Below are positions 1 to 8,312 of a stretch of DNA of 22,493 nt, piece after piece. The stretch is from Gemmatimonadales bacterium (GTDB lineage: Bacteria > Gemmatimonadota > Gemmatimonadetes > Gemmatimonadales > GWC2-71-9), in the NCBI GenBank assembly GCA_039794085.1, contig JBDIWC010000055.1, positions 1 through 22,493 of the forward strand, in the 5' to 3' direction. The notes under the pieces were generated by a model. The model was given only the letters and a program-made list of their open reading frames with translations, was not told where the DNA came from and searched no databases. Positions within the stretch are counted from its first letter, which is position 1; each line of letters begins with the position of its first letter. The position numbers were made by a program, and so were the translations under genes.

Positions 1-93
1 CGCAGTCGCGGTTTCCGCAACAAGGAACGCTTCAAGACGGCCATCTATTTCCATCTGGGTGGCCTGAATCTCTATCCGGCTGGTGTCAAGTGA
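1..93 (+). CDS. ISL3-family transposase, C-terminal fragment (runs off the left edge)
   Basis: Hand translation of frame 1 gives RSRGFRNKERFKTAIYFHLGGLNLYPAGVK* (TGA 91-93). This matches the typical ISL3 transposase C-terminus (RxxGFRN...AIYFHxGGLxLYP). Not in the supplied ORF track. Confidence 0.9.
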   Translation, partial: RSRGFRNKERFKTAIYFHLGGLNLYPAGVK

Positions 94-125
94 GGCCGGT
101 TACCCACTCAATCGGGTGAAGACCC
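1..125 (+). mobile_element. ISL3 insertion sequence, right end; terminal inverted repeat at 100-125
   Basis: 100-125 is TTACCCACTCAATCGGGTGAAGACCC, just after the transposase stop. Its reverse complement matches 22368-22393 at 22/26 positions, with an ISL3-type GG..CTTC terminus. Confidence 0.88.
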
Positions 126-177
126 TCCGGGATGTTGCACTTCGATTCCCCCTCCCGCAAGGTCCTCCCGGTCACCC

Positions 178-507
178 GGGGTGGAAGGGTCCCCATCCCG
201 CCGATGCCGCAGGTGCAAGATCGGGGACCCGTCGCGGGAGCCGATAACCCTCTGCGTCCTCCGTGTTCTCTGTGGTTCCATCCGGGGTGGGGTGGAGTCA
301 CCACTGAGGCCGCGGAGGACACGGAGGGTCTCCGCATGATTCCCGCGGCTCCACGCTTCGCGCACCGAGATCACGGATTGTGTTGTGGGGGGTGGAAGGG
401 CCCCCATCATGCCGATGCCCGCCAATCCGAGACGAGGAGCGTGTCGCGGATACCGTCAACCCTCTGTGTCCTCCGTGTTCTCTGTGGTTCAATCCGGGGT
501 GGGGTGG
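178..507. repeat. Two degenerate ~120-bp direct repeats (178-295, 389-507) with a 50-bp conserved core, plus an inverted copy of the core at 300-329
   Basis: Cores 246-295 and 458-507 are identical at 48/50 (AACCCTCTGyGTCCTCCGTGTTCTCTGTGGTTCmATCCGGGGTGGGGTGG). Both units begin GGGGTGGAAGGGyCCCCATC. 247-276 and 300-329 are inverted matches at 24/30. Confidence 0.85.
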
Positions 508-614
508 GGCGATGAATGCTTCGCATGAGTGCCCTGAAGGGCGGGGCGGGCACGGTGGGGTCTCGGTCGACGAAGGGGGCCCGGCGCCCGACCAAGGGGA
601 AATACCCTCGACGT

Positions 615-1049
615 TCACACCCCCGGACGGCGAGGGTACGGGGCTGCGACCCGCAGACCCCGCACGTGAGCTCGGAGTGTGGCAAAATCGGCGTCCCGGG
701 TGACGACAACCCAGCCGAGTTCCCGGGCGCTGTGTGCCACCAGAAGGTCGTTCTGCCAATCGGGGCCGATGCGTCGGCCGCCTTCCGCCCCCCGCAGAAC
801 GCCCGTCCGATGCCATGCGGTCACGCTCGGTGCCACGATCCGACCCCTCCGCTCGAACGGAGCAAGCAATTCGGCCTCGACCAGGCGCCGGGCGGCCACG
901 GTCCTGGCACCCGCGAGGAGCTCGCTGGCCACGACACTCGAGAGAACGGTCCAGGGAAGGGCCCACTCCAGGAATTGCTTGAACCGGGCTCGTTCCGCGG
1001 GGTCTCGCACGGCATCCACGATGACACTCGTGTCGAGCGTGTAGATCAT
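615..1049 (-). CDS. vapC: PIN-domain ribonuclease toxin, VapC family
   Basis: 144 aa with PIN acidic residues in LDTSVIVD, VASELLAG, NDLLVAHSA and TRDADF. ATGA overlap with a small upstream gene. Confidence 0.9.
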   Translation of the reverse strand: MIYTLDTSVIVDAVRDPAERARFKQFLEWALPWTVLSSVVASELLAGARTVAARRLVEAELLAPFERRGRIVAPSVTAWHRTGVLRGAEGGRRIGPDWQNDLLVAHSARELGWVVVTRDADFATLRAHVRGLRVAAPYPRRPGV

Positions 1050-1285
1050 CTCCGGGCGCGCGGGCTCCGGGGTGATTCCAGGCCACCTTCCTCGGCCAAC
1101 TGGTCGATCGCCGAGAAGACCTCGGATCGAAAGGTGACGAGATCCAGGGCGGCATCCACCGCGGCCGTCTCCGTGGTGACTCCCAGCGCCAGCTTGGCCG
1201 CATCGAGCTTGCGCTGATCAATCACCATGTTCTTGCGCCGGAGCACGGGAGGCCTGCGGCGGCGGGTCCTGGATGACTTCGTCAT
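1046..1285 (-). CDS. vapB: Antitoxin, VapB-like (ribbon-helix-helix type)
   Basis: 79 aa from ATG 1285, with a GGAG RBS upstream. RKNMVIDQRKLDAAKLALGVTTETAAVDAAL is a VapB-type RHH pattern. Coupled to vapC. Confidence 0.82.
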   Translation of the reverse strand: MTKSSRTRRRRPPVLRRKNMVIDQRKLDAAKLALGVTTETAAVDAALDLVTFRSEVFSAIDQLAEEGGLESPRSPRARR

Positions 1286-1311
1286 GGCGCGTCTCCAGAC
1301 GGGGATACCCA

Positions 1312-1354
1312 AAGATATGGTATAATACAGATGGAAACAAGACACAATCTGTAT
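1312..1354 (-). promoter_or_regulatory. Putative sigma70 promoter and palindromic operator of vapBC
   Basis: AT-rich patch. Minus strand reads TTGTTT (1340-1335), 17 nt, TATCTT (1317-1312). The inverted repeat ATACAGAT-N14-ATCTGTAT (1325-1354) brackets the -35 box. Confidence 0.55.
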
Positions 1355-1397
1355 CCCGCCGGCTCTCTCCCGGGAACTCGTGCGCCATCCAGGCGTT

Positions 1398-1847
1398 TCA
1401 ACGCGATGGCACCACCAGCACCGGCACCGTTGCCTTGCGAATCACCCCCGCCGACACGCTTCCCACCACCAGGTCGAACAGGTTCCCATGGCCGTGCGAC
1501 CCGACGACGATCATCCCGGCCCCGACCCGATCGGCCTCCGCCAGGATCGTCTGGATGGTCGGGCCCTGGACCAGCAGGGGATGCACCACGTGCCCCGCGT
1601 CCCGCAGGAGGGCGGCCATCTTCGCGAGTCGCTGGTGCTCCTGGCGGAACTCGCGGGCCATCTGGTCCCGGACCTCGTCCGGCCCCGCCTCCATCCCGAT
1701 GAAGCTCGGATCCGGCTCCGCAACGTGCAGGAGGTGAATGACGCTCCCTGGCGTCGCGAACCTCTTCACCATGTCGAGCTGTGCGTCCGCCACGGCGGAA
1801 AAATCGAGAGCGACGAGGAGACTCGCGCCTGTCGTGTGCGGGGTCAT
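1398..1847 (-). CDS. Universal stress protein (Usp domain)
   Basis: From ATG 1847 (ATGA overlap with the upstream stop): LLVALDFS ... LLHV ... IVVGSHGHGNLFDLVVGSVSAGVIRKATVPVLVVP, a classic Usp signature. Confidence 0.93.
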   Translation of the reverse strand: MTPHTTGASLLVALDFSAVADAQLDMVKRFATPGSVIHLLHVAEPDPSFIGMEAGPDEVRDQMAREFRQEHQRLAKMAALLRDAGHVVHPLLVQGPTIQTILAEADRVGAGMIVVGSHGHGNLFDLVVGSVSAGVIRKATVPVLVVPSR

Positions 1848-2953
1848 GAGCCAAGCTCCGGTCGGTGGATACCACGTTCTGCCAGACGTTCCCGAAGAAT
1901 CCGTACCACGGCGCGGGTAAACTGCTCCTCGAAGCGGGAACTGATGTGGGACCATTCGGGCGTGGGAACCTGGAGCTCGGGATGGTCCTCGAAGTGAACG
2001 CCCACCGCATTGGCCGCGGCCAGAAGGGGTTTCCAGACCCGCTCCCGGGGGGCCACCTGCGCCTCGAACTCCCGGAACCAGCCGGAGGAGGGAGGTCGCA
2101 GAAAGACCACCTCGCCGCCACGCGCCCTGATCGCCTCGACATCCCGCGTCACCTGGGCCAGCAGGTCCTCAAATGCTTTCCGTGCCACGTCCGGCGGAGG
2201 CGGGGGAGGAAGATTCTCCAGGACGGCCTTCCAGGTTGATGTCACGATGGCGTTGTACTCCGGGTCGGTCTCGACCCGCTCCCAGAGGTCGGCGTCGCGG
2301 TTGCGGCGCATGTTCTCGATCTTGCGGACCGCCGGGGGGTGGTAGGGAAGCCCTGCGCGCTCGGGCCACCACGGCTGACGGGCCAGCACCGTGAAGAGCT
2401 TCAAATCGAAGTTGTAGAAGGCGAAGGTCGCTTCGAGGGGATAGGAGAGCAGGGTGCCGAGTCGCTCCGACGGGGTCTCGGTGCGATAGTGCTCGACGGC
2501 CCCTTCCCGCAAGCCGATGCCCGGCTGGAAGATGAGCGGCGGTGTGATTCCCACCAGCAGCAGCCCGCGGAAGTCCTCATCCTGGGCCAGATCGGTGAGC
2601 AGGGGGAGCGGGTTCGAGCCCTCGAGGGCGAGCTGGATCGGCTCGACCCCGGTCTCCTCCTTCCACACCGAGAGCCGGAAATCGAACTGGGTGCGGGAGG
2701 AGCCGATGAAAACGGTGGCATTCGGGCGACCCTGGTCCACCTTTCGGCGTGCCTCGGCCCACTGGCCGTCGCTGTTTCCGTAGGCCGGAACGACCTGCTG
2801 GGAGCGCCAGTACATCTCCCACCCGCCAATCGCCGCGACCACGAGTGCCACCGTGAGCATCACGGTGCGCGACCAGCGGCCCGGAGGAATGTCCCGGAGG
2901 ATGACGGGCTCCGCGTCGAGGCCGGGATCAGAACTGGAAGTAGATGAACGCAT
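1844..2953 (-). CDS. Membrane-anchored SGNH-like protein, probable partner of the MBOAT (DltD/AlgJ/PatB-like role)
   Basis: One N-terminal TM helix (VMLTVALVVAAIGGW), a block-I-like FIGSSR, and a C-terminal PEWSHIS at the DxxH position. Overlaps the MBOAT 3' end by 26 bp. Confidence 0.7.
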   Translation of the reverse strand: MRSSTSSSDPGLDAEPVILRDIPPGRWSRTVMLTVALVVAAIGGWEMYWRSQQVVPAYGNSDGQWAEARRKVDQGRPNATVFIGSSRTQFDFRLSVWKEETGVEPIQLALEGSNPLPLLTDLAQDEDFRGLLLVGITPPLIFQPGIGLREGAVEHYRTETPSERLGTLLSYPLEATFAFYNFDLKLFTVLARQPWWPERAGLPYHPPAVRKIENMRRNRDADLWERVETDPEYNAIVTSTWKAVLENLPPPPPPDVARKAFEDLLAQVTRDVEAIRARGGEVVFLRPPSSGWFREFEAQVAPRERVWKPLLAAANAVGVHFEDHPELQVPTPEWSHISSRFEEQFTRAVVRILRERLAERGIHRPELGS

Positions 2954-4352
2954 TGCCGGACCCCTGAGTGATCAGAATGGCGAAGAGCATCCCCGCCCAC
3001 ACCACCGCCGTGAGCCACCCCGGCGCACGGGCCGCCACTTCTTCGAGGCGGCGATTCCGCATCAACCCATGCACGAGAAGTATCCCGGCGATGACCACCA
3101 GCACCGTCACCACGAGGTGGGTGGCGAGCACGAGTTCCGCATCGGCGGGGGGAAACCCGAGCATGGCGCGGATCATGCGCCAGGCGGTGGGAAAGTCCCG
3201 GGCCCGGAAGAAGACCCAGGTCAGGTTGACCAGGAAATACGTCAGCAGGCCGAGGCCGAGGCGGAAGGCGAGGGTCCCGGCGATCCGGGCACCCCGGAAG
3301 CGTCGGGCAAGCCAGCGTTCCACGCCGAGGTAGAGGCCGTGCAGGCCTCCCCAGACCACGAAGGTCCAGGCGGCGCCATGCCACAACCCGCCGAGCAGCA
3401 TTGTCACCATCAGGTTCAACTGGGTGCGGTGCCACCCCTTCCGGTTGCCACCGAGGGGAATGTAGAGATAGTCCCGGAGCCAGGTCGAGAGCGAAATGTG
3501 CCAGCGACGCCAGAAATCGGAGAACCCTATCGCCGCATACGGAAAGCGGAAGTTGTCGGGGAGGGAGAAGCCGAGACAGAGTGCGATCCCGATGGCCGCG
3601 GTGGAGTACCCCGCGAAATCGGAGAAGATCTGTCCCGAGAAGGCGAGGGTGCCGAGCCAGGCGTCGCTGAAGGGCACCGCGGTGGCGGCCCCGAACACCG
3701 CGTCGGCGGCGGGGGCGAGGGCGCCATCGGCGATGACCATCTTCTCGAACAGGCCCAGCGTGAGGAGAGCGAGGCCCCAGAGGAATTGGTTGCGGCTGGC
3801 CCGGACCGGTGCCTGAAACTGGGGAATGAGCTGGGTGGGCCGCACGATCGGGCCGGCCACGAGCTGCGGGAAGAAGGTCACGAACAGCGCAAAATCGAGA
3901 AACGACCGGGTCGGCTCGGCGCGGCGCAGATACACGTCCAGCGAGTACGCCATCGTCTGGAAGGTGTAGAACGAGATGCCGACCGGGAGCACGATCGACC
4001 AGCCGGGTGCGCTCCAGGTCACGCCGATCGCCGACATCAGCGCCGCCCAGTTCTCCATCAGGAACCCGCCGTACTTGAAATAGCCGAGCATGCCCAGGTT
4101 GGCCAGCATGCTGACGGCGAGGAGGACCCGCCGACGGGTGATCACCTCGGTCCGGACGATCGCCTTGGCCACGAACCAGTCGACCAGAGTCGAGAGCCAG
4201 AGGAGGAGAACGAACGGGGGGCTCCAGGCGGCGTAGAAGAGGTAACTCGCCACCAGGAGGTTGCCCTTCTTCACGGTCCACGGAAGGGGGGCATGGTGCA
4301 GTGCCAGGACGAGGGCGAAGAAGAGGACAAAGGTCAGGGAGTTGAAGAGCAC
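2928..4352 (-). CDS. MBOAT family O-acyltransferase, AlgI/DltB/PatA-like
   Basis: MLFNS start, LPVGISFYTFQ, FFPQLVAGPI, FWRRWHISLSTWLRDYLYIPLGG, catalytic GLWHGA, and C-terminal FIYFQF. Confidence 0.96.
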   Translation of the reverse strand: MLFNSLTFVLFFALVLALHHAPLPWTVKKGNLLVASYLFYAAWSPPFVLLLWLSTLVDWFVAKAIVRTEVITRRRVLLAVSMLANLGMLGYFKYGGFLMENWAALMSAIGVTWSAPGWSIVLPVGISFYTFQTMAYSLDVYLRRAEPTRSFLDFALFVTFFPQLVAGPIVRPTQLIPQFQAPVRASRNQFLWGLALLTLGLFEKMVIADGALAPAADAVFGAATAVPFSDAWLGTLAFSGQIFSDFAGYSTAAIGIALCLGFSLPDNFRFPYAAIGFSDFWRRWHISLSTWLRDYLYIPLGGNRKGWHRTQLNLMVTMLLGGLWHGAAWTFVVWGGLHGLYLGVERWLARRFRGARIAGTLAFRLGLGLLTYFLVNLTWVFFRARDFPTAWRMIRAMLGFPPADAELVLATHLVVTVLVVIAGILLVHGLMRNRRLEEVAARAPGWLTAVVWAGMLFAILITQGSGNAFIYFQF

Positions 4353-4530
4353 GGATCAGCACTCCATCGCAACACGGTGGACAGGTCGACCGGACCGGGA
4401 CCTCCCTGCATCCCCGGGGATCGTGGGCAAGACAAACGCGCCGCCGGGTCAATTTGTCAATAGGGTGACAGACGGGTGGTGGCTCCCCGATCCAACGGGG
4501 GACAAATGCGGGGGCGTTGTGCGATGGTCC

Positions 4531-4668
4531 GTGGGTGCGCCGCTTGCGGCGCACCATGGAGCTTGGGAGGTCGGACTCGTCAGGGTGCGCCGCAAGCGGC
4601 GCACCCACAGCGGCGCACCCACAGCGGCGCACCCACAGCGGCGCACCCACAGCGGCGCACCCACAGCG
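4531..4668. repeat. REP-like inverted palindrome pair followed by a 14-bp tandem array
   Basis: GTGGGTGCGCCGCTTGCGGCGCACC (4531-4555) and its exact reverse complement (4584-4608). AGCGGCGCACCCAC occurs 5 times in tandem at 4595-4664, plus a partial copy. Confidence 0.92.
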
Positions 4669-4684
4669 CTGCCAGTCGACGCCC

Positions 4685-5815
4685 TCAGTCGAGGGTCTTG
4701 TGGAACCGCCGGATGCTCAACACCAGGAAGAACACCGCGAACCCGGCCAGGATCGCCGTGTCCTGCGCCACCCCGGCCAGGGGGAGCCCCTTGAGCAGGA
4801 TCCCCCGGAGCACGTTCAGGAACCAGGTGAGGGGAAGGGCGGCCCCGATCCACTGCGCCAGCACCGGCATCGCCTCCCGGGGGAACATGAATCCTGACAG
4901 GAGAATGTTGGGGAGGAGAAAGAGAAAGCCGAGTTGCATGGCCTGGGCCTGGGTGCGCACCATGGTCGAGAGGAAGAGGCCGATGGCCAGGTTCGCGGCG
5001 ATGAAGGGGAAGGCGGCGAGGTAGAGGAGGACGAGGCTTCCCTGGACCGGAACATCGAAGAGGAGCCGTCCAAGAAGGAGGATGACGGTGATCTGCACGT
5101 AGCCCACGAGGAGGAAGGGCACGGTTTTCCCGAGCATCAGGCTGGTCCGGCCGATGGGGGTGACCACGAGCTGCTCCAGCGTCCCCCGTTCCCGCTCCCG
5201 CACCACGGCGACGCTGTTGATGATGACCATGGTGATGGACAAGAGCACCCCGATGATTCCCGGCACGATGAAGACGGCACTCCGCACCGTGGGGTTGTAC
5301 CAGGGCCGCACCCGGATCTCGATCGGTTGCACCACCCCGCGCGCCGCGAGGAGGGCCCGGCCCTGCACCAAACCCGCCTGGGCCGCGCCGCCCATCGCCG
5401 CATTGGCGGCGAGGGGATCGGAGGCATCCACCACCACCTGTGCGGTACCGGTGAGACCGCGGGCCAGATCGCGGCTGTAGGTGGGGGGAATGATGATTCC
5501 CGCGCGGGCCTCCCCCCGGGCGATCCGGTCGGTCATCTCCTCCCGTCCGGTGACGATTCCGGCGAGGTCGAAGTTGCCGGTGTTGAGCAACGTGTGCACC
5601 AGGGCTCGGCTCTCCTGGGTGCGCGACTCGTCGAGCACCAGCGTCGGGAGGTGGCGCACCTCGGTCTGGATCGCGTAGCCGAAGAGGGCGAGCTGGATGG
5701 CCGGGATCCCGATCATCATCGCGAGGGTGAGCCGGTCCCGGCGCATCTGGATGAACTCCTTCCGGAGCATCGGCCAGAAGGTCCAGCGGCGGATGCGGTC
5801 GGGGACGGGGATCAT
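4685..5815 (-). CDS. ABC-2 type exporter permease (YbhR/YbhS-like)
   Basis: From ATG 5815 (ATGA overlap): KEFIQMRRDRLTL, WYNP, VRERERGTLEQLVVTP, LLSGFMFP. Several TM helices. Confidence 0.93.
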   Translation of the reverse strand: MIPVPDRIRRWTFWPMLRKEFIQMRRDRLTLAMMIGIPAIQLALFGYAIQTEVRHLPTLVLDESRTQESRALVHTLLNTGNFDLAGIVTGREEMTDRIARGEARAGIIIPPTYSRDLARGLTGTAQVVVDASDPLAANAAMGGAAQAGLVQGRALLAARGVVQPIEIRVRPWYNPTVRSAVFIVPGIIGVLLSITMVIINSVAVVRERERGTLEQLVVTPIGRTSLMLGKTVPFLLVGYVQITVILLLGRLLFDVPVQGSLVLLYLAAFPFIAANLAIGLFLSTMVRTQAQAMQLGFLFLLPNILLSGFMFPREAMPVLAQWIGAALPLTWFLNVLRGILLKGLPLAGVAQDTAILAGFAVFFLVLSIRRFHKTLD

Positions 5816-6561
5816 GCCGCGGCCTCCTCGTCGCGCCGCTGGAGCTCGATGAACACATCCTCCACCGTCGGGAGGTGGAACTCCGCGGTGATCGAGGCCG
5901 GTGTCCCGACGCCGATGAGGTGCCCGCGCGAAAGAAACGCCAGGCGGTGGCACTGCTCCGCCTCGTCCATGTAATGGGTGGTGACGAGGAGCGTCATCCC
6001 CGCCGCGGCCCGCTCCCGGATCAGATCCCAGAACCGCCGCCGGGAGGAGGGATCCACCCCCGCGGTCGGTTCATCGAGGAACACCAGCTCGGGCCGATGC
6101 GCGGTGGCGCAGGCCAGGGCGAGTCGTTGCTTCCACCCGCCGCTCAACGTGGCGGTCATCTGGCGCCGCCGGGCGTCGAGTCCCAGTTCCGCCAGAAGTG
6201 CCTCGACCCGCTCCCGCCCCTCGACGCCGATGAGGCCGTAGATGCCGGCGTAGAACCGCAGGTTCTCCTCCACCGTCAGATCCTCGTACAGCCCGAATCG
6301 CTGGCTCATGTAGCCTATCTTCCGGCGCACCGCCTCCGGGGCGGAGGCCACGTCGATGCCCGCCACCTGTGCCGAGCCGGCGGACGGGGGGAGGAGACCG
6401 GTGAGCATCCGGATGATGGTGGTCTTGCCCGAGCCGTTGGGACCGAGAAGGCCGAAGATCTCCCCGCGACCCACCTCGAGGTCGAGGCCCTCCACCGCCA
6501 CGAGGTCGCCAAAGACCCGCCGGAGCCCCCGGGTCTGGATGGCGGGAACCAGTGTGGTCAC
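5812..6561 (-). CDS. ABC transporter ATP-binding protein
   Basis: Walker A GPNGSGKTT, signature LSGGWKQRL, Walker B VFLDEPTAGVD, H-loop TTHYMDEAE. Confidence 0.96.
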   Translation of the reverse strand: MTTLVPAIQTRGLRRVFGDLVAVEGLDLEVGRGEIFGLLGPNGSGKTTIIRMLTGLLPPSAGSAQVAGIDVASAPEAVRRKIGYMSQRFGLYEDLTVEENLRFYAGIYGLIGVEGRERVEALLAELGLDARRRQMTATLSGGWKQRLALACATAHRPELVFLDEPTAGVDPSSRRRFWDLIRERAAAGMTLLVTTHYMDEAEQCHRLAFLSRGHLIGVGTPASITAEFHLPTVEDVFIELQRRDEEAAA

Positions 6562-7532
6562 GGGCGGGTCCCCTCTCGGGTGACGAAGAGCCGGACCCGC
6601 ACCCAGAGACCGGGGTGCAGAGTTCGCGCCTCCTCCACCGGCTCCACCTTTACGCCGAAGAGGAGGTCGGCGCGTTCATCCTCCGTCAGGGCCACCCGGG
6701 GGGTGAACTCGGCCTGCGGAGAGATGGAGGCCACCCGGGCACGGATCGGGCCCGTGGGAAGCTCGATCACGGCGCTGTCACCCACGGTGAGGCTCGCGAT
6801 CACGGTGGTGGGAAACCAGGCCCGAACCCAGGGCCGGTCCACCTCGCCGATCGTGACGGCGGGTGTCCCGGCGCCGAGCACCTCAGCCGGTTCGGCCATG
6901 CGGGTGAGCACGCGACCGTCGAACGGGGCCACGAGCACGAGATCGGTTTCCCGGGCCAGGGCGGAGTGGACGGCGGCCTCCGCGGCGGCCACCCGGGCCC
7001 GGGCCGCCGCGATCTGGTCGGGTCGGGTTCCGGCGGTGAGGAGCCGCAGGGTCTCGAGTGCGGCGTCGCGGCGAGCGGTCGCCGCATCGTGGCGGGCGAC
7101 GGCGTCGTCGAGCGACTGCCGGCTTGTGGCGTTAGTTGCGGCGAGTGATTGGAGACGGTCCCGTTCCCGGGTGGTGCGCACCACCTCCGCCTCGGCCACG
7201 GCCAGGTCCGCCTCCGCGCGCCGGAGTTCCTGACTCCGGGCGCCGGCCTCCAGGTCCCGGAGTGTGGCGCGGGCCGAGCCGAGTTCGGCGCGCCGGAGGG
7301 CGATGGTGGCGTCGAGGTCGCGTTGGAGGAGGAGGGCCAGGGTGTCGCCCGCGCGGACCTCGTCTCCCTCGTCCACCAGCATGCGCAGCACGGTGGCGGG
7401 AACGGGCGGCCCCATGTTGGCCTCGTGGACTTCGACCGTTCCCTCTCCGAAGGCCAGGGGAGAGGCGCCCCCGCACCCGTTCAGCAGGAGGACGATGGCG
7501 AGGACGGGGAGGACAGGGCGGGGCAGGGTCAT
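6558..7532 (-). CDS. HlyD-family membrane fusion protein (YbhG-like), probable lipoprotein
   Basis: Lipobox-like LLNGC, lipoyl half-motifs VDEGDEVRAGD and APFDGRV around a coiled coil, and AEFTP near the C-terminus. Confidence 0.92.
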   Translation of the reverse strand: MTLPRPVLPVLAIVLLLNGCGGASPLAFGEGTVEVHEANMGPPVPATVLRMLVDEGDEVRAGDTLALLLQRDLDATIALRRAELGSARATLRDLEAGARSQELRRAEADLAVAEAEVVRTTRERDRLQSLAATNATSRQSLDDAVARHDAATARRDAALETLRLLTAGTRPDQIAAARARVAAAEAAVHSALARETDLVLVAPFDGRVLTRMAEPAEVLGAGTPAVTIGEVDRPWVRAWFPTTVIASLTVGDSAVIELPTGPIRARVASISPQAEFTPRVALTEDERADLLFGVKVEPVEEARTLHPGLWVRVRLFVTREGTRP

Positions 7533-8176
7533 TTTTCGACCTCGGGGGACGGTGGTGCCAGGGCCGACAGGGCAAAGGCGGAGGCGTGCTCCCCGAAGCG
7601 ATCGAGCAGCGGGGCGTCATGCACGTGGTCGGCGTCGAGGAGCTGCCGGATGGCGGGCTGGGCGATGAGGAAGTAGACCACCTGGGCGATGGTGGACACG
7701 GCAGCGAGTTCCGGGTCGAGATCACGGCGGAACACCCCCTCCTCCTGGCCTCGGCGGATCAGGCCGGCGAAGCGGGAGAACATGCCGCGCATGACGGTGC
7801 CGAAGATGGGACCGGCGACAGCGCCCTCATGATCGAGCAGCTCGCGGACCATGAGCTTGAGGAGGTTGGGATGGGTGGTGAGGTGGGCCACCTGGTGCGC
7901 CACGAGACGTCCGATGGCCTCGGTGGGGGAGGCGGTCTCGAGCCGAGCCTGGCCCTCCCGGGCGAACTCCTCGATGCGGCGGGTGAGGCAGGCCCGGTAG
8001 AGGTCCTCCTTGCCCGAGAAGTAGTAGTAGAGGAGGGCCGAGTTGGTGCCGGATCGGTTGCCGATCTCCTTGATGCTGGTTCCGGTGAGCCCGCGGGCAG
8101 CGAAGAGCTGCTCGGCGGCGTCGAGGATGGCGTCGCGGGATGAGGGTCCGGGGGCGGTGGTGTCAGGCTGAGCCAT
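7529..8176 (-). CDS. TetR/AcrR-family transcriptional regulator
   Basis: RDAILDAAEQLFAARGLTGTSIKEIG...LLYYYFSGKEDLY HTH. First gene of a coupled efflux operon. Confidence 0.95.
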   Translation of the reverse strand: MAQPDTTAPGPSSRDAILDAAEQLFAARGLTGTSIKEIGNRSGTNSALLYYYFSGKEDLYRACLTRRIEEFAREGQARLETASPTEAIGRLVAHQVAHLTTHPNLLKLMVRELLDHEGAVAGPIFGTVMRGMFSRFAGLIRRGQEEGVFRRDLDPELAAVSTIAQVVYFLIAQPAIRQLLDADHVHDAPLLDRFGEHASAFALSALAPPSPEVEK

Positions 8177-8210
8177 AGTTCAATTAATCGATCAATTAAC
8201 ATCCTGTCAA
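8176..8210 (-). promoter_or_regulatory. Putative promoter and TetR operator of the efflux operon
   Basis: Perfect TTGACA at 8210-8205. The near-palindrome TTAATCGATCAATTAA (8184-8199, one mispair) lies over the spacer and -10 region. The -10 box is non-canonical. Confidence 0.6.
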
Positions 8211-8312
8211 CCCCAGCTTGGGCTGGTTCGAGTTACTTTGCCTTAGCAGCTTGATATAGGGGAGGGTGAGAACCTACGTCTACCGAGGGGTCCTTCAGTT
8301 GGGAGCGTGGTC

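Noticed and set aside
178..507. Direct repeats as a mini-CRISPR, or the short ORFs across them as genes
   Set aside because: There are only two units, similarity extends well beyond a repeat-sized core, and the spacing is ~211 bp. The ORFs are translations of the repeat with no protein motifs.
4595..4668. 14-bp repeat array as a CRISPR array
   Set aside because: The repeats are head-to-tail with no spacers, too short, and no cas genes are present.
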